Source of the DNA: Erythrobacter sp.
GTDB taxonomy: Bacteria > Pseudomonadota > Alphaproteobacteria > Sphingomonadales > Sphingomonadaceae
Length of the DNA stretch: 64,000 nt
NCBI GenBank assembly: GCA_965229665.1
Contig: OZ245896.1
Coordinates: 1,078,320-1,142,319, forward strand
Direction of reading: 5' to 3'
Positions 27,273-38,613 of this stretch are shown piece after piece; the stretch's first letter is position 1; every line of letters starts with the position of its first letter. The notes under the pieces were generated by a model. It did no database searches. It was not told the DNA's origin and saw only the letters and a list, made by a program, of their open reading frames with translations. The translations under genes and the position numbers were made by a program.

Positions 27273-27298
27273 AAAGTCTCAAATACAGACTTGGAGTC
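27231..27298. promoter_or_regulatory. two inverted repeats of AGTCT/AGACT in the HxlR-thioesterase divergent intergenic region, candidate operators
   Basis: AGTCTG-N5-CAGACT at 27231-27247 and AAGTCT-N7-AGACTT at 27274-27292. A 10-nt direct repeat TACAGACTTG occurs at 27240 and 27284. Confidence 0.4.
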
Positions 27299-27302
27299 GC
27301 TA

Positions 27303-27743
27303 ATGCCCGACGATCGTTTTGCCAGCCCGGAAGCCTCCATCGCCTATATGAAGCGCGTCGCCGTCGCCAAATCGGGTTTTAGCAGCTGGCTCGACGTCGA
27401 GCCGATCAAAGTGTGGCGAGGGGAATCCGAGCTTTTGCTCGAACTGCGCCCTGAGATGACCCAACACCACGGCTTTGCGCATGGAGCCATCGTCGGCCTG
27501 ATGGCAGACAATGCTTGTGCCTGGGCTGGAGCGTCGGTCGCCGGGGATGTCGTGACCGGGGGCTACACCATCAACTTCCTACGCCCGGCCAAGGGCGAGC
27601 GACTGCGCTCCAAAGGCGTGGTGATCAAGCCCGGCAAGCGCCAGGTCATCGTCAAGGCCGACGTCTGGAGCGAGGACGGTGACGAACAAATCCATGTTGC
27701 AACCGCTCAGGCCACGATCATCCCGACCGGGCTCAAGCAGTAG
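27303..27743 (+). CDS. PaaI-family (hotdog fold) thioesterase
   Basis: HHGFAHGAIVGLMADNACAWAG. GGAG Shine-Dalgarno sequence before the ATG at 27303. Confidence 0.8.
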   Translation: MPDDRFASPEASIAYMKRVAVAKSGFSSWLDVEPIKVWRGESELLLELRPEMTQHHGFAHGAIVGLMADNACAWAGASVAGDVVTGGYTINFLRPAKGERLRSKGVVIKPGKRQVIVKADVWSEDGDEQIHVATAQATIIPTGLKQ

Positions 27744-27819
27744 GGAAATCCACCCGCACGCATTAGGCGCTGGGCTGATTAAGTGATAGGCTGCTCAGGT
27801 TGGAGGGGGATCACCAATC

Positions 27820-28494
27820 ATGGACGCAACGCTGCTCAATCTCATCGCGGCCAATGTGGCATTCGTTGGCACGCATTTCATCATGTCGCACCCATTGCGG
27901 GGCCCGATGGCATCGATGCTAGGCACGCTGGGCTTTCAGCTGGCCTACACCGCGGTCAGCGTGGCCACGCTCGCGTGGGTCTATTTCGCGTTCAAAGCCG
28001 CGCCTCCGGCGGACCTGCCAGGAAGCGGCGATCTCGGGTGGGCGATTGCGACTTTGCTGACCATCCCCGCGATGGTCCTGTTTGCTGGCAGTCTGATCGG
28101 AAACCCCGCACTGCCAACGCCGCGGGCCGAACAGCAGGCAAGGGCAGAGCCGCGCGGCTCGCTCAAGGTCACGCGCCATCCGATGATGTGGGGCTTCGGC
28201 CTGTGGGCACTATCGCATATTGTGCTGTTCTGGAGCGTGCGGACCTTGGTGGTGGCGCTTGCGATGGGCATCCTGGCTCTGGTGGGCGCGCATTTTCAGG
28301 ACAAGAAGAAAGAGCTTTTGATGGGCGAGTCCTGGAAAGAGTGGGAATCCAAGACCAGCTATTGGCCGCGCTGGGGCCAGATCTTCTCGGTCGGCCTTCT
28401 GCCCTGGACGATCGGTCTGATTCTGTTTGTTTTCCTGAGCTGGCTGCACCTGCCACTGGGCGGTATCGCCGCAGGGATTTGGCGGTGGTTTTAA
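27820..28494 (+). CDS. NnrU-family membrane protein
   Basis: N-terminus NVAFVGTHFIMSHPLR and TRHPMMWGF. 5-6 TM segments. Confidence 0.8.
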   Translation: MDATLLNLIAANVAFVGTHFIMSHPLRGPMASMLGTLGFQLAYTAVSVATLAWVYFAFKAAPPADLPGSGDLGWAIATLLTIPAMVLFAGSLIGNPALPTPRAEQQARAEPRGSLKVTRHPMMWGFGLWALSHIVLFWSVRTLVVALAMGILALVGAHFQDKKKELLMGESWKEWESKTSYWPRWGQIFSVGLLPWTIGLILFVFLSWLHLPLGGIAAGIWRWF

Positions 28495-28498
28495 CCGC

Positions 28499-29305
28499 CT
28501 AGGGACTGGCCTGCACGCGCCGAAGGTTCACAATCCAGTCGCGGCGCGCCTCGCCCGAGCGGGCCTCGAACGACAACGCATGGTCTGAGCCAGCAAAGCT
28601 CTGAAACTCCGCATTGGGAGCAAGCTCAGCCAAGGCCTGGCCCTGAGACGGCGGGATCAGATCGTCCGCCGTACCATGTTGGACCAGGACCGGAATGGTT
28701 AGCTGGGTGATCTTGTCAGCATTGGCATATTGATCGCGCACCAGCGACCGCGCCGGAAGCCACCAGAGATTGGCGGCCGCGGCATCGGGCAATGATGTAA
28801 ATGGCGCGATCAGGATCAAGCCAGCGGGTTCATGTCTCACCGCCATTTCGACCGCCACGCCGCCGCCGATCGAATTGCCCACGACAATCAGATCGGTGGC
28901 CGCGATCCCCTGTTCGACGAGCCACTCGATCCCCGCCTCTCCATCAAGATAGAAGCCTTGCTCGTCAGGTGTCCCAGGATTGCCGCCATAGCCGCGATAT
29001 TCGACCAGGAGGACGCCCAATCCGCCAGCAACCAAGGGCCTGTTCGAGATCTGTGCGCCCGACAATGTCCCGCCATTGCCGTGGAAATAGATCAGCGTTG
29101 GCAGGCCTTCGGCCGCCTCGCGATAGAAGGCCCACAGTTTGAGGCCATCGTCAGTCTCGAGTGTCACCTCCTGATAGTCTGGCGTTAGCGGCGCGACATT
29201 TTGCGGGGCTGGATAGAGAAACCGCGATTGCAGCGCCCACAGTATCACCAGCACCGCCAGATAGGCGACCGCGATGAACACCAGAATGCGGGTGAGCGTA
29301 TGCAC
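28499..29305 (-). CDS. alpha/beta hydrolase with N-terminal membrane anchor
   Basis: HGNGG oxyanion region and GNSIGGG nucleophile elbow. Confidence 0.8.
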   Translation of the reverse strand: MHTLTRILVFIAVAYLAVLVILWALQSRFLYPAPQNVAPLTPDYQEVTLETDDGLKLWAFYREAAEGLPTLIYFHGNGGTLSGAQISNRPLVAGGLGVLLVEYRGYGGNPGTPDEQGFYLDGEAGIEWLVEQGIAATDLIVVGNSIGGGVAVEMAVRHEPAGLILIAPFTSLPDAAAANLWWLPARSLVRDQYANADKITQLTIPVLVQHGTADDLIPPSQGQALAELAPNAEFQSFAGSDHALSFEARSGEARRDWIVNLRRVQASP

Positions 29306-29317
29306 GGGGACCCGCGC

Positions 29318-30115
29318 CTATTCGCCTTTGAAATCCGGCGCGCGCTTCTCAATCAGCGCGTTGACCCCTTCCATATGGTCATCGGTCGTATGCATCAAAG
29401 CTTGCGTGTTCGCAGCCATTTCGAGCGCACTGTCATAGCTGACCTGTTGGCCTTGCCGCAGCAGCATCTTGGCGTGACGCAGAGCGTGCGGCGGCATAGC
29501 GGCGATCTTCTGCGCTTTGGCCTTGGCGACATCCATCAGTGCTTCGGGCGAAGCAACTTCGCTTACCAGACCCCAGTCCAGCGCTGTCGCTGGGTCGATC
29601 ACGTCACCGGTGTAGAAAAGCTCCGACGCCCGGCTCAGACCGATCACACGCGGCAGAATCCATGTCCCCCCATCGCCTGGGATGATCCCCAGCTTGAGGA
29701 AGGTCACGCCGAATTTGGCCTTCTCCGACGCGATCCGAATATCGGCGAGGCAGGCAACATCACACCCCAGACCGATCGCCGGGCCATTGATCGCAGCGAT
29801 CACCGGAACACGCAGCGAATAGAGCGCCCGCAGCATCATATGAATGTTGTTGCGATAGCCATCGGAAATCGCCGGAGCGGAGCCGCCAAACGATCCGGAG
29901 CGCGATTGCATCGCCTTGATGTCTCCACCGGCCGAGAATGCCCGTCCGGCCCCAGTCAGGATCACACAGCGGACCGCCATGTCGCGGTTGATTTCGGTGC
30001 AGACACGGGTGAATTCATCGCCGTCACCTGGCGCACCGAGCGGATTCATCGTCTCCGCCCGGTCAATTGTCAGCGTGGTGATCGGGCCGTCGCTTTCGAC
30101 CTTGAGCAAACTCAT
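29318..30115 (-). CDS. enoyl-CoA hydratase/isomerase (crotonase) family protein
   Basis: ILTGAGRAFSAGGDIK and INGPAIGLGCD. Confidence 0.85.
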   Translation of the reverse strand: MSLLKVESDGPITTLTIDRAETMNPLGAPGDGDEFTRVCTEINRDMAVRCVILTGAGRAFSAGGDIKAMQSRSGSFGGSAPAISDGYRNNIHMMLRALYSLRVPVIAAINGPAIGLGCDVACLADIRIASEKAKFGVTFLKLGIIPGDGGTWILPRVIGLSRASELFYTGDVIDPATALDWGLVSEVASPEALMDVAKAKAQKIAAMPPHALRHAKMLLRQGQQVSYDSALEMAANTQALMHTTDDHMEGVNALIEKRAPDFKGE

Positions 30116-30120
30116 TTCGT

Positions 30121-32061
30121 TCAGGCTCGCGCTTCTTCGGCATCGGAACCCGCAGCCACTCCGGCGGAATTGTGCTTGAGCGCTTTGAGCACGGTCTCGA
30201 CAATGTTCGGCGCGTTTAGGCCCGCAAGATCATACTGCTTGTCGGGCGCATCCTGGTCGATGAAGATATCGGGCAGTCGCATAGTGCGGACCTTCAGACC
30301 GTTGTCGGTCAGGCCTTCGTCGGTCGCATAGGTCAGCACATGTGCGCCGAGACCACCGATTGCACCCTCTTCAACCGTGACAACCACCTCATGGCTGCGC
30401 ATCAGCTTGGCAATCAGATCTTCGTCGAGCGGCTTGGCAAAGCGCAGGTCAGCAACCGTAGTCGACAGGCCCTTGGCTTCCAATTGGTCGGCCGCCTTCT
30501 TGGCTTCTTCCAGTCGAGCGCCGAGCGAGAGGATTGCGACCTTGGTGCCTTCGCGAACCACTCGTCCCTTACCAATCTCCAGCTTTTGCGGAACCTCGGG
30601 CAGCGGAATGCCGACGCCATTACCCCGCGGATAGCGGAAGGCGATCGGGCCCTCGTCATACTCGACCGCAGTGTAGGTCATATGGACCAGCTCAGCTTCG
30701 TCAGCCGCGGCCATCACCACCATATTCGGTAGCGTGGCAAGATAGGTGATGTCGAATGAGCCGGCGTGGGTCGCGCCGTCGGCACCCACCAGCCCGGCGC
30801 GGTCAATCGCAAACCGCACTGGTAGGTTCTGAATTGCCACATCATGCACGACCTGATCGTAAGCGCGCTGCAGGAAGGTCGAGTAGATCGCCGCAAACGG
30901 CCGCATGCCCTGCGCCGCCAAGCCCGCAGCGAAGGTCACCCCATGTTGCTCAGCGATACCAACGTCAAAACTGCGATCTGGGTGAGCCTTGGCAAACCGG
31001 TCAACCCCCGTGCCTGACGGCATCGCCGCGGTGATCGCGCAAATGCGATCATCGGTCTCTGCAAGTTTGGCCAGCGTGTCGCCAAAGACATTCTGATAGG
31101 CTGGCGGACCAGCCGCGCCCTTTTTCTTTTCGCCGGTTACGACGTCGAACTTGGGCACGCCGTGATATTTATCGGCGCTGTTCTCGGCCGGCTCATAGCC
31201 TTTGCCCTTGGTCGTCACGACATGGATCAGCACCGGGCCTTCCTGAGTGTCACGGACGTTCTCAAGAACCGGAATGAGGTGGTCGAGATTGTGCCCATCG
31301 ATTGGGCCGACATAATAGAAGCCCAATTCTTCAAACAGCGTCCCACCAGTCACCAGGCCACGGGTGTATTCCTCCGCCTTGTCGAGGGTTGAGTGAACCC
31401 GGCGGCTCATCTTCTTCGCGACTTTGGAGGCCAGGCTTCTCAGCCCGAGATATTCGCTCGACGACACCATCCGCGCGAGATAGGCCGACAGCCCGCCGAC
31501 CGGCGGCGCGATCGACATATCGTTGTCATTGAGGATCACCACCAGGCGATTGCCGGCCTGCTCGGCATTGTTCATCGCCTCATAGGCCATGCCGGCGCTC
31601 ATCGCACCATCGCCAATCACCGCGATGCCGCGGCCCGGTTCACCTTTGAGCTTGTTCGCGACTGCAAATCCCAGCGCCGCCGAGATCGAGGTCGAGGAAT
31701 GCGCCGCGCCAAACGGATCATACTCGCTTTCGGAGCGCTTGGTAAAACCGGACAGACCGCCACCTTGGCGCAGTGTCCGGATCCGGTCGCGCCGGCCTGT
31801 CAGGATCTTGTGCGGATAGCATTGGTGACCAACATCCCACACCAGACGGTCGGCCGGAGTGTTGAAGACATAGTGGATTGCCACGGTCAGTTCGACGACG
31901 CCGAGGCCGGAACCCAAATGCCCACCAGTGCTGCCCACTGCATCGATCACTTCCGAACGCAGTTCGTCTGACAATTGCCGCAATTGGCTCGATTCTAACT
32001 TGCGCAGCTCATCCGGCGTGCTGACCAGATCGAGCAATGGTGTATCGGGTTTCGAAGTCAT
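30121..32061 (-). CDS. dxs: 1-deoxy-D-xylulose-5-phosphate synthase
   Basis: [45 protein letters not shown]. 646 aa. Confidence 0.95.
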   Translation of the reverse strand: MTSKPDTPLLDLVSTPDELRKLESSQLRQLSDELRSEVIDAVGSTGGHLGSGLGVVELTVAIHYVFNTPADRLVWDVGHQCYPHKILTGRRDRIRTLRQGGGLSGFTKRSESEYDPFGAAHSSTSISAALGFAVANKLKGEPGRGIAVIGDGAMSAGMAYEAMNNAEQAGNRLVVILNDNDMSIAPPVGGLSAYLARMVSSSEYLGLRSLASKVAKKMSRRVHSTLDKAEEYTRGLVTGGTLFEELGFYYVGPIDGHNLDHLIPVLENVRDTQEGPVLIHVVTTKGKGYEPAENSADKYHGVPKFDVVTGEKKKGAAGPPAYQNVFGDTLAKLAETDDRICAITAAMPSGTGVDRFAKAHPDRSFDVGIAEQHGVTFAAGLAAQGMRPFAAIYSTFLQRAYDQVVHDVAIQNLPVRFAIDRAGLVGADGATHAGSFDITYLATLPNMVVMAAADEAELVHMTYTAVEYDEGPIAFRYPRGNGVGIPLPEVPQKLEIGKGRVVREGTKVAILSLGARLEEAKKAADQLEAKGLSTTVADLRFAKPLDEDLIAKLMRSHEVVVTVEEGAIGGLGAHVLTYATDEGLTDNGLKVRTMRLPDIFIDQDAPDKQYDLAGLNAPNIVETVLKALKHNSAGVAAGSDAEEARA

Positions 32062-32151
32062 AAGTGCCTGCCCTACACTCTGAAATTCAAACTGTCGATG
32101 AACGCTTCACCGGCACAGAGTCAGGGCTGGTCTGCTCAAATTTGACCTGAG

Positions 32152-32616
32152 TCAAGCGCAAGACCGGCAAATGCCGCGAATCTCAAGCACCGGTCGCCGC
32201 GCCACAAACCGATTGCTTTCAGCAATCGCGCGAATGCTTTCGCTCAAAAGATCATCATCGATATGGGTGGCATCGCCGCATTCGTCGCAAACCAGGAACA
32301 GGCAATCATGCTGACAGCCGGGATGAGGATTCGCTAAGAACGCATTGGCGCTCTCGATCCGAACAGCGAGATTGTTGACCACAAACACATCAAGGATGCG
32401 ATAGATGCTGTTGGGCGCCACCCGCTTTCCTCGCGCCGCACTCAATTGATCGGCAATATCATAGGCCGAGACTGGCCGCTCATGCTCAGCAAGGGCTGCG
32501 AAGACCGCTTGCCGCATAGAGGTCCATTGTTCCCCTGAACCAGTGAGGGTGTGCTTGGCTTCCGCCATTAGGGCTTCGCCCGATAGATCAGCGTGTGCGT
32601 GTGTGGCGTCTACCAT
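32152..32616 (-). CDS. Fur-family metalloregulator (Zur-like)
   Basis: Winged helix RVAPNSIYRILDVF plus CDEC and CRSC pairs. Start set at the ATG at 32616, because the longer track ORF would overlap msrA. Confidence 0.75.
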   Translation of the reverse strand: MVDATHAHADLSGEALMAEAKHTLTGSGEQWTSMRQAVFAALAEHERPVSAYDIADQLSAARGKRVAPNSIYRILDVFVVNNLAVRIESANAFLANPHPGCQHDCLFLVCDECGDATHIDDDLLSESIRAIAESNRFVARRPVLEIRGICRSCA

Positions 32617-32677
32617 GAAGCGGATATAGCCCGAGCAAGCGGACTTGCCCAGCCTCACACCATCGCAATCCGCGAGT

Positions 32678-33364
32678 TTACGTAGCGTCGCGCAAGAAAC
32701 TCGAGCGATAATCGGACGCAAACATGTCCTTGAGTGCGGCCACTTTGGGCGCATCCCAGCGAACAATGTATCCGTGACGCGGGTTCTTCGCCATGAAGTC
32801 CTGGTGATAGTCTTCGGCCGGATAAAACGCTTTGTAACTCTCGATCTTGGTCACAATCGGCTTTGACCACACCTTTGATCGCTCCATCTGTGCGAGATAG
32901 GCTGATGCGACCGCGCGTTGCTCAGCGCTCATCGGCACCAAGGCGCTGCGGTAATGCGCGCCTACATCGGGGCCCTGGCGGTTCTTGAGGGTGGGGTCAG
33001 CCACAACCGAGAAGAAGATACGGAGCAATTCGTCATAGCGCACCACTTTGGGGTCGTAGACGATCCGGACAGCTTCGGCATGGTTGGTCATACCGGTTAT
33101 GACTTGCTTGTAGGTCGCTGTCCCGGAACGCCCGCCATGATAGCCTGACACTGCAGCCTTCACGCCCTTCACGTGGCTGAACACACCTTCGACGCCCCAA
33201 AAGCAACCGCCCGCAAAGACGGCTACCTTCAGGCCAGACCCTTCTTTGGCAATCCTTTTGGGCGCTGGAGCATCGACCGGTTCCTCCAGCGCCAGGGCCG
33301 GTGATCCACAGCTGTTGAGAGCCAATGCGGCCAATGGCAAAGCCAGAAACTTCGCGACACCCAT
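32678..33364 (-). CDS. msrA: peptide-methionine (S)-S-oxide reductase with N-terminal signal peptide
   Basis: Active site GGCFWGVEGVF. The leader is MGVAKFLALPLAALALNSCGSPALA. Confidence 0.9.
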   Translation of the reverse strand: MGVAKFLALPLAALALNSCGSPALALEEPVDAPAPKRIAKEGSGLKVAVFAGGCFWGVEGVFSHVKGVKAAVSGYHGGRSGTATYKQVITGMTNHAEAVRIVYDPKVVRYDELLRIFFSVVADPTLKNRQGPDVGAHYRSALVPMSAEQRAVASAYLAQMERSKVWSKPIVTKIESYKAFYPAEDYHQDFMAKNPRHGYIVRWDAPKVAALKDMFASDYRSSFLRDAT

Positions 33365-33558
33365 TATTCTTCTCCGATCAGAAATTCAGGGCTGGGCATG
33401 ATCCGTGCGACATCGTCTGCCATGGGCGCTGCCTGGGCGTCCCATTCATCGGTGGTCGCGAAAACCACTGCCAGTGCTCCCAGCGTAAAGCCAAGAAGCA
33501 CATTTCGATATAGGTCAGGCGCAAACAGCCGCATGGTCAACTCGTCGTTTGATTTCAT
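33364..33558 (-). CDS. small single-TM protein, hypothetical
   Basis: 64 aa with TM segment VLLGFTLGALAVVFA. Its TAA overlaps the msrA ATG (TAATG). Confidence 0.4.
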   Translation of the reverse strand: MKSNDELTMRLFAPDLYRNVLLGFTLGALAVVFATTDEWDAQAAPMADDVARIMPSPEFLIGEE

Positions 33559-33693
33559 CAGTCCAGGCCGAATGACGCGCTGCGCCTTTCGGCTGGGTGA
33601 ACCCAGTCTGTGTGAGATAATTCGTTACAGACCGCGACTTAGTTACGCAGCGCGAGGCAAAAAGTTGCGTGCCCTCTAGGCGTGCGAGCGAAC

Positions 33694-35316
33694 CTAGTGA
33701 CGGAAGTGGCGCATTCCGGTGAAGACCATGGCCAAACCTGCCTCGTTTGCAGCGGCGATCACTTCATCATCACGGATCGAGCCTCCGGGCTGAATTACAG
33801 CGGTCGCGCCCGCTTCTGCCGCGGACAAGAGCCCGTCCGCAAACGGGAAGAAGGCGTCAGACGCTACCGCGCTGCCGACTGTCCTTGGCTCGGCCCATTC
33901 GAATGTCTCGGCCGCTTCGGCGGCCTTGGCCGCCGCAATCCGGGCAGAGTCCCGTCGGTTCATCTGGCCCGCACCAATCCCGGCGGTGGCCCCATCCTTG
34001 GCATAGACGATGGCGTTGGATTTGACGTGGCGAGCGACCGTCCAAGCGAACAGACAATCCTTGAGTTCCTGCTCGGTCGGCTCACGCTCGGTCACGACTT
34101 TGAGGTCCGACAACTCGACCGCACCGGAATCGCGGGACTGGATCAGCATACCCCCAGCGATCGTCTTCATCGCAAACCCTCCGCGGCGCGGATCGGGCAG
34201 GGTCCCGCATTCAAGCAGGCGCAGGTTCTTCTTTTTGGCGAAGATTGCGCGGGCCTCTTCGCTAACCGACGGTGCAATCACCACCTCGGTGAAGATCTCG
34301 GCGATTTGCTCAGCGGTGGCTCCATCCAGTTCGGTGTTGACCGCGACGATGCCGCCAAAGGCCGAGACGCTGTCGCATTGCAAAGCGGCGGTCCAAGCCT
34401 CGGACAGCGAAGCCGATTGGGCCACTCCGCAGGGATTGGCGTGCTTCACGATAACCACCGCCGGTTCGCTACCAGCGAACTCCGCAACCAGTTCGAGCGC
34501 AGCGTCGGCGTCATTCAAATTGTTGTAGCTGAGTGCCTTGCCCTGCAATTGCTGCGCCTGCGGAACGCCAGGAGCTCCGATGGCCTGTGGGACGTAAACA
34601 GCCGCCTGCTGGTGCGGATTTTCGCCATAGCGCAAAGTGTCTTCCCGCTTGAAGGCCAGCGGCATGGTGTCAACAAACGGTGTCGCCTGTAGCGCCTCAG
34701 CGCCGAGCGGATGGGTAAAGGCATCACCAAACGCGAACCAATTGGCGATTGCCGCGTCATAGGCAGCTGTCCGGGCATAGGCCTTGCCCGCCATCCGGAT
34801 TCGGAATGCCTCGCTGGTCGCACCGGAATTGGCCTCAAGCTCGGCGACAAAATCGGCATAGTCAGCTGGGTCGGTCAGGATCGTGACAAAGCCATGGTTC
34901 TTGGCGGCGGAGCGGACCATGCTGGGCCCACCGATGTCGATATTCTCAATCACCTCAGGGCGCTCGGCCCCTTTTGCGACAGTCGCTTCAAACGGGTAAA
35001 GATTGACCACCACCAGATCGATTGCGCCGATTGCGTGCTGCTCCATAGCGGCGACATGCTCGGGATTGTCGCGTAAGGCCAGTAAACCGCCATGGACCTT
35101 CGGGTGCAAAGTCTTGACTCGGCCATCCATCATCTCCGGAAAGCCGGTCAGATCAGCGACATCGCGCACGTCCAGACCAGCTTCGCGCAATGCCTTCGCT
35201 GTGCCCCCGGTGCTAACCAGCTCGACATTGTGCTCGGCGAGCTTTTGTCCCAGCTCTACCAAGCCGCTCTTGTCGGACACCGACAGCAGCGCCCGCTTTA
35301 TTGTCTTGTCGCTCAC
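33694..35316 (-). CDS. purH: bifunctional AICAR formyltransferase / IMP cyclohydrolase
   Basis: [19 protein letters not shown]...[10 protein letters not shown]. 540 aa. Confidence 0.95.
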   Translation of the reverse strand: MSDKTIKRALLSVSDKSGLVELGQKLAEHNVELVSTGGTAKALREAGLDVRDVADLTGFPEMMDGRVKTLHPKVHGGLLALRDNPEHVAAMEQHAIGAIDLVVVNLYPFEATVAKGAERPEVIENIDIGGPSMVRSAAKNHGFVTILTDPADYADFVAELEANSGATSEAFRIRMAGKAYARTAAYDAAIANWFAFGDAFTHPLGAEALQATPFVDTMPLAFKREDTLRYGENPHQQAAVYVPQAIGAPGVPQAQQLQGKALSYNNLNDADAALELVAEFAGSEPAVVIVKHANPCGVAQSASLSEAWTAALQCDSVSAFGGIVAVNTELDGATAEQIAEIFTEVVIAPSVSEEARAIFAKKKNLRLLECGTLPDPRRGGFAMKTIAGGMLIQSRDSGAVELSDLKVVTEREPTEQELKDCLFAWTVARHVKSNAIVYAKDGATAGIGAGQMNRRDSARIAAAKAAEAAETFEWAEPRTVGSAVASDAFFPFADGLLSAAEAGATAVIQPGGSIRDDEVIAAANEAGLAMVFTGMRHFRH

Positions 35317-35323
35317 GCTCGAC

Positions 35324-37225
35324 TTACCCCATTTTCTTGAGCAGCCAGGAAAACTCTCCCCCGCCGCGCGATGTCATGCCTTCGATCACCAATTGCTCTG
35401 TTGGATGTGGTCGACCTTCGCCATCAATCCAAAGACTGTCCTCGCGCACAAGCTCCGCATCCTGGGTATCTCCGCGCAGTCGAAATTGCCAGTGCCGCCC
35501 ATCAGCCAACAACAGCGTCGCTCCACGACCGTCATCGCTGAGATGAGCCTCAACGCCGCGGCCCAGATGGAAACGAATAGCGAAGCCGATCTTGCCGCGC
35601 TTTCCTTTCCGCGAAACCGGCAAAAGGATGTCTTGCCCAATCAGCTCGGTTCCATCCGCGCGCAGGATCAAAGTCCGCCGATGCGTCAACCCAAACCGCG
35701 CAGCGTAGCCATCATGACTGGCCTCAATCCGGACCGCATCGCGCCCGTTTTTGCCGAGCAAGCGACGCTCCACTTCGACAAGCTCAACACCCCGGCCGAG
35801 CTTCCCATGGAGCAGGACCGCGGTTGAATTGGCGTTGTCGAGCACCAGAGTCGAATGCGCTGCCGTCGCACGCAGGCCTTGACCGATCCTTGCCGGCACC
35901 TGTCCTCCAGCCGCTGTCGCACCGCCGCAATTGACGATCACACGGCTTGGGCCATCGGACAGCTCGAATGCCAGAGTGGAGGCGGCGCCACACCGTGCGT
36001 GCCGCGCCCTTGGGGGCGGTGCCGCATCAAACTGAACCACAGTTTTACCACCGCGCAATCGTTGAAAACCCCAGGTCTGGACATCCTTGAGCGGTCGAGC
36101 CCTGATACCTGAAGCCTCGAGCAGCGCATTGAGCCGATCAGCCCCAATCGCGCCATTGCCCTGCCAGCTGCCCAGCGCTCCATCACCATGCCTCAGCGCG
36201 AGCAGCGGGGGCACCAGCAGCTCGCGCATGGTCAGGATTGCCTCAGGCGGATCCCGTTCAACCGCTTCATAACAAGCGATAAGATCGGTCAGCATTGCAA
36301 TGCTATCCATTTGAGCCGCAGGGCAGCGCGACAAAACGCCGCCATCTTCTGCGACCAGCTCGCCCAAAGCCCGAATCAGGCCCGACTCTCCAAACAGCCG
36401 GCGCGGCCGTCCCTCCGGCAGAAGCAATCCGGCTGCGGTGATTGCGCACCACCCCGCAACCTCTCCCAAGCGATCTTGAGCATGGCTGACATTGCGATCA
36501 AGCCAGCGCGCTGTCTCCTCAATCTGCGTAAGGACCTGCGCCTTTAGCGCCTTGTCGCCCTTGTCGATCAGCAGTGGTGCGTGGACCAACCAATTCAACA
36601 ACCGCAGACCGGCATATTCGACTTTCCAAGCCGAACCTTTGCCTGGACGATGATCCGCTTCGAACCACAGTTTCGCGACCCGCTGAGCGGTCGGCACACA
36701 TTCATGGCGCGGAGCGCTTGAACCGAGGTCGCGCAGCCAACTGAAACTGTGCAAGGACCGTTCAACACCTGAACTCAAGCGCGCAGCGGGATCGAAGTCG
36801 ACCTGTCCGATCGGCAGTTTTACGCCGTTTATCGAGAAATGGCCCGCACGCAGCGCCGTTCCAGCCGCACGATCGCCACCAAGCGGCGACAGGACAGTGG
36901 CCCGCAGCCGCAACTGCGGTGCCTTGCGGAACGGCGCAGATAGAACGTGGCCGGGCACACCGACACGATAGGCTAACCGGATCAGGGCTTCGCCCGGCTT
37001 CGTTCGGGGAGCAATAATGTCGCTAAGCGCCAGCGCCCGATCATTCGGCAGCGGCGCTTCTTCGTCGGCGACAGTGCCTTTTGCCACTCGGGCGATTTCG
37101 ACAGTGGGCTCAGGCTGGGCCTCGTTCAGCGGAATCGCCGAAGCCTCTCCTCCAGGGGCCTGCTGCTCATCCTCACGGATCCGATCTGACTGGTCCGAGT
37201 TCTTGTCAAACAGGGCGTCCATCAT
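35324..37225 (-). CDS. heparinase II/III-family protein (no signal peptide)
   Basis: 633 aa with an acidic, disordered N-terminus. The family call comes from overall resemblance and from the rpe-X-purH synteny known in Alphaproteobacteria. Confidence 0.55.
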   Translation of the reverse strand: MMDALFDKNSDQSDRIREDEQQAPGGEASAIPLNEAQPEPTVEIARVAKGTVADEEAPLPNDRALALSDIIAPRTKPGEALIRLAYRVGVPGHVLSAPFRKAPQLRLRATVLSPLGGDRAAGTALRAGHFSINGVKLPIGQVDFDPAARLSSGVERSLHSFSWLRDLGSSAPRHECVPTAQRVAKLWFEADHRPGKGSAWKVEYAGLRLLNWLVHAPLLIDKGDKALKAQVLTQIEETARWLDRNVSHAQDRLGEVAGWCAITAAGLLLPEGRPRRLFGESGLIRALGELVAEDGGVLSRCPAAQMDSIAMLTDLIACYEAVERDPPEAILTMRELLVPPLLALRHGDGALGSWQGNGAIGADRLNALLEASGIRARPLKDVQTWGFQRLRGGKTVVQFDAAPPPRARHARCGAASTLAFELSDGPSRVIVNCGGATAAGGQVPARIGQGLRATAAHSTLVLDNANSTAVLLHGKLGRGVELVEVERRLLGKNGRDAVRIEASHDGYAARFGLTHRRTLILRADGTELIGQDILLPVSRKGKRGKIGFAIRFHLGRGVEAHLSDDGRGATLLLADGRHWQFRLRGDTQDAELVREDSLWIDGEGRPHPTEQLVIEGMTSRGGGEFSWLLKKMG

Positions 37226-37884
37226 GCTGCCCCCTTCAGGGCTGCGATGTTGGATGCGTAGTGATCGGGGCCACCCTTGAATGTCGCCGAACCGGCGACG
37301 AGCACGTCCGCCCCAGCTTCAACACACAGCTTGGCAGTCTCGGGATTGACCCCTCCATCCACTTCGAGATGGATTGTGCGCCCAGTCGCATCGATCATTT
37401 CCCGAATCCGGGCGATCTTCTCAAGCTGCGAATGAATGAAGCTCTGACCGCCAAAACCAGGATTGACGCTCATCACCAAGATCAAATCTGCGAGGTCGAT
37501 CAAATTATCCAGCACATCCACTGGAGTGCCCGGATTGAGCACAACCCCAGCCTGCTTGCCGAGCGCTTTGATCGCTTGCAGCGTGCGGTGAATATGCGGC
37601 CCCGCCTCAGGGTGGACAGTGATGATGTCCGCACCAGCGTCAGCAAACGCCTCAAGGTACGGATCCACCGGCGCGATCATCAAATGAACATCGAACACCT
37701 TGTCAGTGTAGGGCCGCAGCGCTTTCACCACAGACGGTCCAATGGTGATATTCGGGACGTAGTGCCCGTCCATTACATCGACATGGATCCAATCAGCGCC
37801 AGCGGCATCGATTGCGCGAACTTCCTCGCCCAAGCGCGCGAAATCGGCTGAAAGTATGGAAGGGGAGATCAGCGGTGAGGCCAT
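37222..37884 (-). CDS. rpe: ribulose-phosphate 3-epimerase
   Basis: [17 protein letters not shown] and [12 protein letters not shown]. Confidence 0.95.
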   Translation of the reverse strand: MASPLISPSILSADFARLGEEVRAIDAAGADWIHVDVMDGHYVPNITIGPSVVKALRPYTDKVFDVHLMIAPVDPYLEAFADAGADIITVHPEAGPHIHRTLQAIKALGKQAGVVLNPGTPVDVLDNLIDLADLILVMSVNPGFGGQSFIHSQLEKIARIREMIDATGRTIHLEVDGGVNPETAKLCVEAGADVLVAGSATFKGGPDHYASNIAALKGAA

Positions 37885-38097
37885 AGTGGGTCCGATGCCT
37901 TGGTTTGTCCCGGATTAGGAGTCGGCGATTCGCGCCACAAGCTGGCCGCGCGCGCTTTTCCACGACCCAGCCCCCTTGCACCCGCTTGAAACGCCAATTC
38001 AGCCGGAATTCAGCAGCGCTGCCTCATCTTGAACGCTCAATGTTGGACACCAGTTAGTGTGCTCAGATCTTATCGGAACAACAGGACAAGCCGACCA

Positions 38098-38613
38098 ATG
38101 CGAGTATGGACCGCCGGAATGGGATGCGCTGCTGTCTTCAGCCTGTTTGCGCTGGGCGGAACAGCCGCAACTGCGCAGGCGCAAGCGCAATACGCGCAGG
38201 TATCCTCCAACAATCTTGCAGAATGTTCGCCTGGGCAGGGGCCTGCTGTCCGCCTGCAAGTGAGCGGGCTGCGCTCCGGCAATGGCAATCTGTTTGTCCG
38301 GATATACAAGGCCACCAAGAAGGACTGGCTCAAGAGCAAGCGCTATCTGACGCGGATTGATGCCCAGCCCCGCCAAGGCCGCATGACTGTATGCATTCCC
38401 GTCGCAACCGCCGGGAATTATGCCATTGCAGTCCAGCACGATGAGAATGGCAATCGCGAGATGGATTTCTCGACCGATGGCGCAGGCATGTCGAACAATC
38501 CAAAGATCGGCTCGTTTCTGGGAATCCCGCGCCCTCCCTCGGTCAGCAAAGCGGCATTTGCCGCCGGCAATGGGATCACACCAATCTCCATTGCGGTCCG
38601 CTACCGCGACTAA
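38098..38613 (+). CDS. DUF2141-family secreted protein
   Basis: Signal peptide MRVWTAGMGCAAVFSLFALGGTAATAQA. HDENGNREMDF and PKIGSFLGIPRPP blocks. Confidence 0.7.
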   Translation: MRVWTAGMGCAAVFSLFALGGTAATAQAQAQYAQVSSNNLAECSPGQGPAVRLQVSGLRSGNGNLFVRIYKATKKDWLKSKRYLTRIDAQPRQGRMTVCIPVATAGNYAIAVQHDENGNREMDFSTDGAGMSNNPKIGSFLGIPRPPSVSKAAFAAGNGITPISIAVRYRD

